This document shows, in pieces, positions 25,594 through 35,504 of a stretch of DNA of 47,769 bases (position 1 is its first letter; each line of letters begins with the position of its first letter). The DNA comes from a virus. Its lineage: Duplodnaviria > Caudoviricetes. The notes beneath the pieces are model-generated. The model saw nothing but the letters and a program-made list of their open reading frames with translations, had not been told where the DNA came from and did no database searches. The position numbers were made by a program, and so were the translations under genes. Where the stretch lies: positions 1 to 47,769 of the IMG/VR virus record IMGVR_UViG_3300031673_000090. One strand, written 5' to 3'.

Positions 25594-27204
25594 ATGATTA
25601 GAAAAAGATATTATCATTATCCTTCACCGATAGCAATAGATAGATTCAATACTCGGGTACTATCAGCACTATCTACTAAACTTGCAAGGGATTACTTAGG
25701 ATTTTTTGGCAGTTTAGCAAAGACATACACTCAAGGTCCACAGAAAAAGAAGTTGGATTCCATTGTTATTGTAGTTAAAAAATCTGTTGTTCTTCTGGAT
25801 AATATGATATCTAACAATCAAGTCTCCAAAAGAGATGTGCAGGACTTGGTGGACTATGTAGAAGAAATAAATCAAGCTCGAGATGAGTTTTTACAACAGG
25901 CGGAACAAAATAAATCTCTTGATACAAAGATACAAAAAATATCTGAGACTACGGGGATTTCACCCGGAGATTTAAGTGTAACAAAAGAAATCATTGAAAA
26001 AGGCGCCAGGGTAACTCGCAAGCGAACAAAAGAAGGTGTGGCACCTTTTATGAAGCGTACAATGCCCGGTACACTTGGGTTGGGTGGGGAACTTGCTGGT
26101 GGAGCAGCCACGGCCTTACTTGGTCCATTTGCTCCTATAGCGTTTATGGCCGGCACATTGGCAAAAGGAGCTTGGGGTGTAGGTAAAGGATTGCGTGGAA
26201 AATTACAAGATAGAAGGGAAGAAGGACTATCCCGTCGATTGACTCCTATGTCAGCGGCGTTGCCAACTTCTGCATTTAACCGATTGGCAGGAGCCAGAGC
26301 TCAACGTCCATTTGCTGCAAATTTTAGTGGTATCTCTCAGAGAAGATCTAAACACCCATTTGCTGCAAATTTTGGTGGTATCTCTCAGAGAAGGCCCTTC
26401 TCTACAAAACGAAGTAAAGAAGAGATGGTTCTCCCATTAACTTACTTTTTTGATAAGAAAGCGCATAAGGCTAAGTGGACAAAAGAATTGCTCGATAGAT
26501 TTAAGAGCATGGAGAAAAAAATTGGTGGAAAAGGTGTTGGTGGATTGTCTGGGATGTTGACGGGGCTGCTACCATTGATTGGTACTATTGCAGCTTTTGG
26601 AGTTGGAATAGCCGCAGCAACAGTGAGTATATATGAAATTGTGAAAGCGGCAAAGGCTTTTACGGATTGGTGGAATGCTAAAGAGGGGTTGGCTGAATCC
26701 AAGAAAGCAATGGAGAAGGCTTCAGGTTTAGGCCAGGGAACTTGGGGAAAACATGCTCTTGAAAAAGGAAAGACTGGAACAGAGCAATTAGGTATTATTG
26801 ATAAGGCAACGAAGGAGGGAAAACTTTCTCCATTGATGTCTAAAAAAATAAAAGAAAATATGATTCTTGAAAATATACTTCCGAAGAAAGTGCCTGAATT
26901 GGAAAGAGATTCTTCCGAGGTGAAAGCAGTTACAGAGAGACTCCGTGGTGGGACAACTAAAAAGAATAAACTTTTGGAACCTATGCCGACAAAGATAAAG
27001 GATCCTTTCCAATCTGACCGAGAAAAGAAAGAGACAAATAAGAGCATGCTCGGTGTACAGAAAGCTGTGGAACAGGTGAATGAAACTTTATCACGACAGC
27101 AGGGTTCCGGAGTGAGGGGTGCCGCTCTAGGTGATCCCTATGGCGTTGGTGATCCGCTATTAATTCCCTGGAGTTCAGGTCAGTTAACAGTGGGGAGGGA
27201 TTAA
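25594..27204 (+). CDS. putative tape measure / hub protein (gp29-like position)
   Basis: 536 aa, helical with Gly/Ala-rich hydrophobic segments; syntenic position. Confidence 0.6.
   Translation: MIRKRYYHYPSPIAIDRFNTRVLSALSTKLARDYLGFFGSLAKTYTQGPQKKKLDSIVIVVKKSVVLLDNMISNNQVSKRDVQDLVDYVEEINQARDEFLQQAEQNKSLDTKIQKISETTGISPGDLSVTKEIIEKGARVTRKRTKEGVAPFMKRTMPGTLGLGGELAGGAATALLGPFAPIAFMAGTLAKGAWGVGKGLRGKLQDRREEGLSRRLTPMSAALPTSAFNRLAGARAQRPFAANFSGISQRRSKHPFAANFGGISQRRPFSTKRSKEEMVLPLTYFFDKKAHKAKWTKELLDRFKSMEKKIGGKGVGGLSGMLTGLLPLIGTIAAFGVGIAAATVSIYEIVKAAKAFTDWWNAKEGLAESKKAMEKASGLGQGTWGKHALEKGKTGTEQLGIIDKATKEGKLSPLMSKKIKENMILENILPKKVPELERDSSEVKAVTERLRGGTTKKNKLLEPMPTKIKDPFQSDREKKETNKSMLGVQKAVEQVNETLSRQQGSGVRGAALGDPYGVGDPLLIPWSSGQLTVGRD
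26308..26393 (+). repeat. 38-bp direct repeat (one mismatch, 48-bp period) encoding PFAANF[SG]GISQRR
   Basis: copies at 26308-26345 and 26356-26393. Confidence 0.9.
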
Positions 27205-28082
27205 TGTCCAAATGGAATAAAAATACTAAAACAAGCGGTGGGAAAAAAACCCATGCTTTCACAGAATATGGTTACCTTCCTGATGGTGATTCCGTTCCCG
27301 CGGATTACCTTGCTCGAATTACAAGTATTAGAAATAAGGCTTCTGTTGTTGGTTTACTTCAAGAAGATATTTCAATGCGAGTTGAATCGAGATGGGATCC
27401 GTTCATTCCCACGGCTATTTTGGCTAAAGGAAACATGCTTGCACAATTAATATCTGAGGTTGGCGGAGGTGGGGGAGGGCCAAAATCTTTAATTACAAAA
27501 GCGGCTTCGAGAAGACTTTGGGTGGGAACTACTCCAATGACTTTGTCTTTGAAATTGAAATTTGAAGCTATTAATGATTCATTTAAGGATGTTGTTGAAC
27601 CTTGCAGAATATTGCAATCATTAGCTTTGCCTTCTGAATCGGGAGAAGATGCTACTGCCACAGGAGTTACTACAGCTTATGAGAGTGGTGGTATTGGTGC
27701 CGCACTCGAACTACTTCCTCTTCTAACTCCTCCGGGACCATCTCCGTTTTCATTAGAAGGAGTGCTCACTTCAAGAAAACCCATTGATGAATTAAATATC
27801 ACCAGTATCATAGAAGGATCAAAAGGTGGTGATCGAATAATGCTCCAATTGGGTAAGTTTTTGAGGTTTGATGATGTTATTGTGAAAGAGGTATCCACGG
27901 CGTATCATATTAAAATGGACATGTTTGGCGATCCAATCAGTGCAGATATATCTTTGATATTTGAAACCTATGAGATCCCCACAGTACAGTCATTAGAAAA
28001 GGCATACGAAAAAACATCATTATTTCAAGAATCTGTTACGGAAAATGGTCGAAGAGAATTTCATATTACCACATTTGGATAA
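27204..28082 (+). CDS. baseplate tube-cap / initiator protein (gp48-like)
   Basis: LWVGTTPMTLSLKLKF..LALP..GDPISADISLIFET; position after tape measure. Confidence 0.65.
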   Translation: MSKWNKNTKTSGGKKTHAFTEYGYLPDGDSVPADYLARITSIRNKASVVGLLQEDISMRVESRWDPFIPTAILAKGNMLAQLISEVGGGGGGPKSLITKAASRRLWVGTTPMTLSLKLKFEAINDSFKDVVEPCRILQSLALPSESGEDATATGVTTAYESGGIGAALELLPLLTPPGPSPFSLEGVLTSRKPIDELNITSIIEGSKGGDRIMLQLGKFLRFDDVIVKEVSTAYHIKMDMFGDPISADISLIFETYEIPTVQSLEKAYEKTSLFQESVTENGRREFHITTFG

Positions 28083-28085
28083 AAA

Positions 28086-28397
28086 ATGAATCGAACAAAT
28101 TTTTATAACATCTCGGTGGTGGATGGTACGAGTGAGCTCGACTTTCTACACAACACTTTATCTGAGTTCACCATGCAGTATTCTCCAAGATATTATAGGG
28201 TTAACGGTGCGGATTTGATGCGACCTTATTTAATTTCAAATAGATTTTATGGTACAATAAATTTCTGGTGGATAATTATGTTGGTGAACGAAATAGCCAG
28301 CCCACTTACTGATTTAGAGGTTGGACAGATTTTGAAAATTCCAAGTAAATTGGATATCTACGCTTTCCAAAAGAAGTTCCGTATGCGCAGGTCGTAA
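28086..28397 (+). CDS. baseplate wedge LysM-like protein (gp53-like)
   Basis: RPYLISNRFYG..WWIIMLVNEI..P..DLEVGQILKIP. Confidence 0.85.
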   Translation: MNRTNFYNISVVDGTSELDFLHNTLSEFTMQYSPRYYRVNGADLMRPYLISNRFYGTINFWWIIMLVNEIASPLTDLEVGQILKIPSKLDIYAFQKKFRMRRS

Positions 28398-28398
28398 T

Positions 28399-29062
28399 AT
28401 GTTAAATTGCAAACTTCCATTCTGTGAATGTGATTGTGGCCAAAGAGTGAAAGCTCTCGGTTCCTGGTTTTGTAGGGTCATAATACGAGAGGAAGGCCTT
28501 CTAATAGAAAAGGTAAGTTTAAGGTTTTAAGAGAAATAAGAATATGTTTGAATAAAGAGTGCACTAATACATTTGAGGTTAGGGTAACCGGTACTAAAAA
28601 ATATTGTTGCAGTAAATGTGCTAATCGCGGTGAGAACAATCCAAAAGGAATGTTAGGTAAACACCATATTAAGGAGGCCAAGAAGAAGGATAGTGATAGT
28701 GTAAAACGGCTATGGCAAAGATTAGAGTATAGAATAAAACAAGCAAGATCTCGAGTAAAAACTAAGCAAAATAGAGCGGAAAAGTTATTGGAGAAAATAC
28801 TTGATAATTCTTTCCTGATCAATATAAGTTTGTAGGTGATTGGACATTTACTATTGATGGCAAATGCCCTGATTTTATAAATGTTGGTGGCCAGAAAAAG
28901 ATAATAGAACTCTTTGGCGCTTATTGGCATAAACCAGAAGAAGAACAACAAAGAATGGATTTGTTTGCCCAACATGGTTATCAAACTTTGGTTATCTGGG
29001 ATTATGAATTGGGTGATGTTAAGAAACTAGAAGACAAACTTTTTGAGTTTGTAGCAGAGTGA
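28399..29062 (+). pseudogene. frameshifted Vsr/DUF559-like homing endonuclease with Zn-finger N-terminus
   Basis: three consecutive frames give MLNCKLPFCECDCG..WFCR / GHNTRG..KYCCSKC..NRAEKLLEKILDN / FPDQYKFVGD..KCPDF..KIIELFGAYWH..GYQTLVIWDYEL; shifts near 28476 and 28810. Confidence 0.85.
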
Positions 29063-29103
29063 GAAGATCAACGTAATAATCTTGAGGATATGGAGAAATA
29101 GTA

Positions 29104-30273
29104 ATGAATTCTGCGAGAGGGTATGATCTTACTGTAACTATTGGTAGTACGATAGTTCCCATTCAGCCACAAATGATTCAGGAACTTACAATATCTCAAG
29201 ATATTGATCAGTTACTTCCTACATTTAAGATGGCTATAAGAGAACCCACCGGACTACTCGGAGAGATAATTCCTCTTGATAGAGACGCCAATACTGTGGC
29301 TCTTAAGATTACCGGTATAGGTGGAGAGGACAGTACCAATGAATTTAAGTTCTCTGTAAAAAGGCGGAGAACAGGTTCAGCAAAAGAATATGTCATTGAG
29401 GGACTGTTGGATATTCCGGGAATGTTGGATCCTTCTAGAGTTAGAGCTCTAACAGGAGATGTGCGGGATACTCTCGACCTCATAGCCACTGATGAATTAG
29501 GTGGTATCAACACCGAACTTGGTGCATCATTGAAGTTCAATAAGACAATAATCCAACCTTATTGGACTAATGCTCAGTTATTCCGATACTTGAAGTCAAA
29601 TTTATTGGGGGCTAATGATCAATCTGGGTATTGTTGTTTCATTAAAAATATAAGGAGCAATCCCATATTAGTATTTAAGAGTTTAAACGAATTGGTAGCT
29701 CAGGATACCTATTTTAATTTTATGGTTGGTCCTAAACAGTATGAAAATTTTCGTCCTGTATCAGAATACCATATTATAGATAGTTCTCAATTTCTTGGAG
29801 ATTTTGGTGCAAAAACTCAATCATATAGATATTTTGATTACAGTACTGGAGTACATAAAAGTACCAATGTCAGTTTGTCTGGGTATCCGTCACTTGCAGA
29901 GCAATTTTTAATAAATAAGGATAGTGATATTGAGGGAGTTAACCTTGTCGAGGGTCGCAGCAATGATTTTACAAGTGACTTTACCGGAAAGATAAAGAAT
30001 GTACTCTACAATAGACTTAATGGATTTGTAAACATGTGGATATCTACTTGGGGTACCGAGAATATTGCTCCCGGTGATGTGGTAAAAGTGGTTTTTAACG
30101 AGGCCTTTGCCAGCGGAAATTTTTATCTTTATCAGCATTCAGGATACTGGCTTGTAAAGAGAGTTGTACACATGATAACTAATTCGTTTATGTCAAATAT
30201 CTTGTTAACAAGAAATGGTATTGATAGTTCAATTGAAAATACTCTGTTAACGGCAGATTATTCCAAAAGATAA
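29104..30273 (+). CDS. baseplate hub protein (gp27/GpD-like)
   Basis: IIQPYWT..LFRYL, GTENIAPGDVV..SGYWLVKRVVHMI; upstream of gp5-like gene. Confidence 0.8.
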   Translation: MNSARGYDLTVTIGSTIVPIQPQMIQELTISQDIDQLLPTFKMAIREPTGLLGEIIPLDRDANTVALKITGIGGEDSTNEFKFSVKRRRTGSAKEYVIEGLLDIPGMLDPSRVRALTGDVRDTLDLIATDELGGINTELGASLKFNKTIIQPYWTNAQLFRYLKSNLLGANDQSGYCCFIKNIRSNPILVFKSLNELVAQDTYFNFMVGPKQYENFRPVSEYHIIDSSQFLGDFGAKTQSYRYFDYSTGVHKSTNVSLSGYPSLAEQFLINKDSDIEGVNLVEGRSNDFTSDFTGKIKNVLYNRLNGFVNMWISTWGTENIAPGDVVKVVFNEAFASGNFYLYQHSGYWLVKRVVHMITNSFMSNILLTRNGIDSSIENTLLTADYSKR

Positions 30274-30800
30274 TGCTTGATTTTAAAAAAGACACACTAA
30301 AATTTCCTGGTCACTACCGGGGTACAGTTGTAAGTAATACTGATCCGAGTAGTCTGGGAAGGATAAAGGTTGAAATATACACCGTGTATGATGGTATTGC
30401 TGCTGCAGATATTCCCTGGGCGGTACCTGCTTTTCCATTATTCAGTGGAGCGGGGAGTGGATTTGGTTCCTTTGCTATTCCCGAAGTTGGCAGTATTGTT
30501 TGGTGCTTTTTTGAAAATGAAGAGGTCTACCAGCCAGTTTACTTTGCGGCAGCCCCTGATAGTGTGCATGGACTGCCATCGGAAAGAACAACCAATTATC
30601 CCGGTAGGAAAGTTTGGAAGACAAAAAATGGTATCACAATAATTGTGGACGATTCCGCGAAAGAAGTTTACGTAAATCATCCTTCTGGAACATCCGTGGT
30701 TATAGATACTGATGGAAAAATAATTTTAACTGGTGGGGATGTGAGTATTATTGGAGAGGCCGTGGTGATAGAGGGAACTACGGTCGATATTAATCCTTAG
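30273..30800 (+). CDS. baseplate spike protein (gp5/GpV OB-fold, short)
   Basis: YRGTVVSNTDPSSLGRIKV..PWAVP..PEVGSIVWCFFE..HPSGT. Confidence 0.92.
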   Translation: MLDFKKDTLKFPGHYRGTVVSNTDPSSLGRIKVEIYTVYDGIAAADIPWAVPAFPLFSGAGSGFGSFAIPEVGSIVWCFFENEEVYQPVYFAAAPDSVHGLPSERTTNYPGRKVWKTKNGITIIVDDSAKEVYVNHPSGTSVVIDTDGKIILTGGDVSIIGEAVVIEGTTVDINP

Positions 30801-30807
30801 GTAGCAT

Positions 30808-32829
30808 ATGGCATTACTTAGAAAAAATTTCGCTAAAGGTACTCTTGCCGCAGGCGTTAATGGTCTAGTTACTCAGATGACTGTGGTTGCCGGACATACT
30901 CTGCCCATTAATGCTGGTACTTTTCCCTTGACCATTTGGGACAATGCCACTTATCCAGATCCTGCTGATGCTCTTGCTGCTGGGGATTTAGAGATAGTCA
31001 TCGCGGAATACTCTGGTACACCAAATGTATACACTATTACTAGAGCTCAAGAAGGTACTTTAGGAGTACCACATGGTTTAGGTCACAGAGCAGCTCTGCA
31101 TTATACTGCAGGAATGTCAGAAGATGACTTAACTGTTGTGGCAGATCATGCCAGTACTCATGAAGTCTTGGGTACGGATTTAGTTAGTCATGATAGTCTG
31201 ACTGATTTTGTAGCAGATGAACATGTAGCCCATGGTGGAGTTTCAATAATAGCCGGTACAGGGATGTCTGGTGGTGGAACTATTGCTGCCAACAGAACTT
31301 TAAATTGTAGCATCACTCAGTATACAGATGAATTAGCACAGGATGCAGTTGGTGGTACTCTTGATGATGGTACTGTAGGGAATATAGTTTTTACCTATGA
31401 TGATGCTGGTGGAGTTATATCTGCAGTTACCCAAGATGGAGAAATAGACCATAATTCTCTTTTAAATACTCATAATTTAACCACAGATATAGACCACAAT
31501 GCTTTAACAAATTATGCATCTAATCAACATTTCTTGCAAACAGATATAGACCATGTAGATACTGACCTTGCTACTGGGTTATTGAAAGTAACAACTGGAA
31601 CAGGAGCATTATCTGTCATAACAGACTCTTCAGCTAATTGGGACACTGCATATAGTCACAGTCAACTCACAAGTGGCAATCCTCACAGTATATATTTTAC
31701 TGATTTATTAGATGTTACTCCTTCTAGTATTGCTTCAAGCGATATCAATAAAGTAGTAGTAATTGGTTCTGATTTAAATTTAGAATTCTCCGATGTTTCA
31801 ACAGATTGGGACACGGCGTATTCTCATAGTCAGTTAACCAGTGGTAATCCCCATGCGGTAGCTTTTACTGATTTAGATGAAGTAACTCCAGTAAGTATAG
31901 CATCTGCAGATATTGGCAACGTAGTGATGGTGGATGCTGGTCTGAATTTGGATTTTGTTGATCCCTATACTTTAAGTCATGATGGTTTTGCAGATTATGC
32001 TGCTAATCAGCACTTCGTACAAAGTGCAATTACAGAAGTTGGCACGATAGCGACAGGGACATGGGAAGCAACTGATGTCGCCATACTTCATGGTGGTACA
32101 GGTCAAAGTACTGCACAGGCGGCTATTGACGCTCTTACTGCCGTAGGTGTTGCAACTAATGAACACGTACTTACTAAAGACACTACTACTGGAAATGCAA
32201 TTTGGAAAGCCGCAACAGGCGGTTCAGATGCTTTTACAGTTAAAGTAGACGCTGCTGCGACTGCCGGTTATATTGGTGCGGCAAGTAATGATGGCGTATT
32301 GAGAACTGGTGCTGGAATATCTTATACTGACGGCGGAGATTTTGTTACACTGGCTTCAACCCCCCTTGCCGGAACTGTAGTACAGGTTGTAAATTTTCAA
32401 ACAGGTGCATTTAATTCAGGAACTACAGTTATACCGGATGATGATACAATCCCTCAAAGTAATGAGGGAGACCAATATATGTCTCTTGCTTTCACTCCTA
32501 CAAGTGCAACCAATAAATTAAAAATAGAAGTTGTTGCAATGTTGTCTAATTCTTATGCTGGTGTCCATACCCTTGCTGCGGCTTTGTTTCAAGATGATAC
32601 AGCAGATGCTTTAGCATGTACTTATATGTCGTCCCCAGCGGCTTATTTTGGATTTTCCGAGTCTTTTACCCACTTTATGGTTGCTGGTACAACAGACGAA
32701 ACAACTTTTAAGGTTAGGGCTGGTTCAAGATATGCCGGTTCCACTACATCTTTTAATGGTGCTGCCAGTTTGAGAAAATTGGGTGGGGTGATAGCGTCAA
32801 GTATAACAATAACAGAAATACAAGTGTAA
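30808..32829 (+). CDS. tail fibre-like structural protein with internal repeats
   Basis: TITRAQEGT N-terminal module, WDTAYSHSQLTSGNPH x2, VAILHGGTG, C-terminal beta-sandwich. Confidence 0.75.
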   Translation: MALLRKNFAKGTLAAGVNGLVTQMTVVAGHTLPINAGTFPLTIWDNATYPDPADALAAGDLEIVIAEYSGTPNVYTITRAQEGTLGVPHGLGHRAALHYTAGMSEDDLTVVADHASTHEVLGTDLVSHDSLTDFVADEHVAHGGVSIIAGTGMSGGGTIAANRTLNCSITQYTDELAQDAVGGTLDDGTVGNIVFTYDDAGGVISAVTQDGEIDHNSLLNTHNLTTDIDHNALTNYASNQHFLQTDIDHVDTDLATGLLKVTTGTGALSVITDSSANWDTAYSHSQLTSGNPHSIYFTDLLDVTPSSIASSDINKVVVIGSDLNLEFSDVSTDWDTAYSHSQLTSGNPHAVAFTDLDEVTPVSIASADIGNVVMVDAGLNLDFVDPYTLSHDGFADYAANQHFVQSAITEVGTIATGTWEATDVAILHGGTGQSTAQAAIDALTAVGVATNEHVLTKDTTTGNAIWKAATGGSDAFTVKVDAAATAGYIGAASNDGVLRTGAGISYTDGGDFVTLASTPLAGTVVQVVNFQTGAFNSGTTVIPDDDTIPQSNEGDQYMSLAFTPTSATNKLKIEVVAMLSNSYAGVHTLAAALFQDDTADALACTYMSSPAAYFGFSESFTHFMVAGTTDETTFKVRAGSRYAGSTTSFNGAASLRKLGGVIASSITITEIQV

Positions 32830-32950
32830 TATGAACCAAGAAATTGTTCAAAAGATAAGATGGCTTCAACAGGCTGAGGGACATCAGCCCTGTTTCAGGT
32901 CTGGTAAGATTGTTCCATAAAAGGACAACTGTGGAAAATTAAGGTATAAA

Positions 32951-33283
32951 ATGTTCGGTACTTTTGGATCAAAACAATTTGGAACAACTTGGTATATACC
33001 ACCCATTACTCCGGTAATAGGCGGTAACATATCTTTAGTGGGAGATTCTTCAAACCACGGAGGCACCATTATCTCCAGTGGCCAAGATGGAACTTTAATG
33101 GTTGGGGGAGTAGCAGTGGCAGTAAACGGGGCAACATTAAATTGTCCTATACATGGAGTAACCCCAATTATAGCAAGAACTATTAAAAGCTTTCATAACG
33201 GAAAATTGATTTTGACGAATGGGGCAGTGGCAGGTTGTGGGGCTACCATAGTTAGTCCTGACCGTTTCGTGTACGTCGAGTAG
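32951..33283 (+). CDS. PAAR-domain spike tip protein
   Basis: GDSSNHGGTI..CPIHG..GCGATI. Confidence 0.88.
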   Translation: MFGTFGSKQFGTTWYIPPITPVIGGNISLVGDSSNHGGTIISSGQDGTLMVGGVAVAVNGATLNCPIHGVTPIIARTIKSFHNGKLILTNGAVAGCGATIVSPDRFVYVE

Positions 33284-33367
33284 GACTTAATACTAGCAGT
33301 AGTAGATCACCTACCCTAGGCGGTGGTAGGTATGTTAAATTAGAAGTTAAAGGGTGGGTAGAATCAT

Positions 33368-33763
33368 ATGAGCAGTAAAATTTCAACTATTTGGTCCGAT
33401 CTTGACCATCGGCTTATTCAGGATGCCCAAGGTGCACTTAAAAAGGTTGATAATGTGCAAGCAGTTATGTCTTCTGTAGACAACATACTTAGAACTTCCA
33501 AGGGTGAACGTGTAAATTTACCATCTTTCGGATCCAGTCTCAAGAACATGGTTTTTGAATCTATGAATAGTCCTTTAATAGATTTACTATCTCAAAGTCT
33601 TAAGGATGAAATAGAATTTTGGGATAGCCGAGTTATTGTTTCCCAAATTCGATACATGGAAGAGCCGGATAACAATTCGATTGTAGTTGAGGTTGCTTTT
33701 TCAATAAGAGGGTATGATAAGATTTTTAAGCAGGAAGTTACAGTAAGAGGGGAGGCAGGATAA
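33368..33763 (+). CDS. baseplate wedge protein (gp25/GpW-like)
   Basis: NILRTSKGERVNLPSFGS..FE..WDSRV. Confidence 0.92.
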   Translation: MSSKISTIWSDLDHRLIQDAQGALKKVDNVQAVMSSVDNILRTSKGERVNLPSFGSSLKNMVFESMNSPLIDLLSQSLKDEIEFWDSRVIVSQIRYMEEPDNNSIVVEVAFSIRGYDKIFKQEVTVRGEAG

Positions 33764-35475
33764 TGTCTAACTTATTAAGCTACACAGATTACGATTTTGA
33801 CTCTATAGTACTACAGCTTCAGAACCGGTTAAAAAGTAAAGCAGCCTGGCAGGATATTTATAGATCTTCTACGGGTGAAATGCTAATAGAATTGCTTGCC
33901 TACGTTCTTAACCTGGGAATGTTTTACACGGAGCGTAGAGCAGAGGAGTCCTATCTTCCAACGGCACAACTACGATCTAGTATAAAGAATTTAGTGGCAC
34001 TTTTGAACTATTCGCCTAAAAGAAAAACGTCGTCTACGGGCAATTTAACGTTCAGTATTTCTGAAGCATCTACTAAAATAGTTTACATTCCAAAATATAT
34101 AGTTTGTAAAGATGCTGCCGGGCTTGAGTTTTTAACAAATGAATTTGCCGCAATAGAAAAAGGTCAAACTTCAGTTTCCGTGGTGACCATTCAAGGAGCA
34201 TTAAATCGGGTAGAAGTGGCTGCAAATGGAGCAACTAACCAAGAATACCATATAAATAATACTTCCGTTGAAAATTCCGCCTCCACTACCAATCCTACAT
34301 TGAGAGTTATTGTGGATGGGACTGAATGGACTAAAGTAACTTCGTTTATAAATAGCTTAAACACAGATCAGCACTATCGAGTTATTGATGAAATGGATGA
34401 TACCATCACAATCCAATTCGGAGATGACATAAATGGGGCCATTCCAGAATCAGGTTTAACAATTATCATACAATATATTCAATCTGATGGATTGGATGGC
34501 AATGTCACTTTTGCGGACAAGATTACTGTAGTTGATTCAATCATTTATGATGAGGATGGAGTAGCCGTAACTGTGACGGTAACTAATGATGATTCGTTTC
34601 TTGGGGGGGATGCAGAAGAGAGTGCGGAAGAAATTCGATATGAAGCTCCGCGAGTATTTAAAACTGGAGATAGGGCTGTAAGTAGGGCAGATTTCATATC
34701 TATTCTTGAAAATTATGCAGGAGTAGCTAATGCTAATGTCTGGGGTGAGAATGAAGAAGCAGAGGTGGCGGGTACCTCAGTAGTTGCCGCTATGCTGAAT
34801 AAGGTAAAAATGTGTGTGCTACTTCAAGATTGGGAATTACCGGGAACGACCTTTAAGTCCACTTTATCAGCCCACATTTATGATATATCAATGCTTACAG
34901 TGAAGTATGAATTTGTCACTCCAGTAATACTTTTGGTTATTCCTGTTCTTGATGTTAGAGTAACTGAAGGTCATTCACTATCTCAAGCACAGGCAGATAT
35001 AGAAGTAGCTTTGGCGACAAAGTTTGTTCTGGGTGATACAGCTAAATTGGGGACTATAGTTAAGTACAGCGAAGTACTTTCAGCCATTCACGATCTTGAA
35101 AATGTTGCGTATGTGTCGATGGATCTAGAAATAAAGAAAGTTCTATCGGATAGTTATGATTCGACGTATGACTGGAGTGAAGTTCTTGATGCAACGGATG
35201 TTAAACCTGAAACATGCCGGGTATTTGTAGACGGAGTATATAAAGTTACAGATGTTCAGATTAGTGCTACAAAGGGTACGTTTAGTCTACCAGCCATAGG
35301 ACTTACGGGAGATATAGATTATCACTCAGGACTAATTACTTTAGATGTAGTGACATCACCGGCACTTCCAGTTTATGTCAGGTACCAGCAGGATCAAAAC
35401 GATAACATCGTGCCATCTGCTAATCAAATTGCGAAACTAGAGGACACGGATATCAATAGTATTTCCATGGAGTAA
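33763..35475 (+). CDS. baseplate wedge protein (gp6/baseplate J-like)
   Basis: DYDFDSI, ESYLPTAQLRSS, IQFGDDING, GGDAEES.EEIR..RAVSRADF. Confidence 0.93.
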   Translation: MSNLLSYTDYDFDSIVLQLQNRLKSKAAWQDIYRSSTGEMLIELLAYVLNLGMFYTERRAEESYLPTAQLRSSIKNLVALLNYSPKRKTSSTGNLTFSISEASTKIVYIPKYIVCKDAAGLEFLTNEFAAIEKGQTSVSVVTIQGALNRVEVAANGATNQEYHINNTSVENSASTTNPTLRVIVDGTEWTKVTSFINSLNTDQHYRVIDEMDDTITIQFGDDINGAIPESGLTIIIQYIQSDGLDGNVTFADKITVVDSIIYDEDGVAVTVTVTNDDSFLGGDAEESAEEIRYEAPRVFKTGDRAVSRADFISILENYAGVANANVWGENEEAEVAGTSVVAAMLNKVKMCVLLQDWELPGTTFKSTLSAHIYDISMLTVKYEFVTPVILLVIPVLDVRVTEGHSLSQAQADIEVALATKFVLGDTAKLGTIVKYSEVLSAIHDLENVAYVSMDLEIKKVLSDSYDSTYDWSEVLDATDVKPETCRVFVDGVYKVTDVQISATKGTFSLPAIGLTGDIDYHSGLITLDVVTSPALPVYVRYQQDQNDNIVPSANQIAKLEDTDINSISME

Positions 35476-35504
35476 TAATCAATAGTATAATTGAGGAAGT
35501 AATA

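Noticed and set aside
33309-33331. ACCTACC/GGTAGGT hairpin after the PAAR gene as a terminator
   Set aside because: 9-nt loop and no T tract; function unsupported
21671-35475. Interpretation as a bacterial contractile injection system (eCIS/T6SS/tailocin)
   Set aside because: Linked capsid, prohead protease, neck genes and tRNAs show it is a phage virion module
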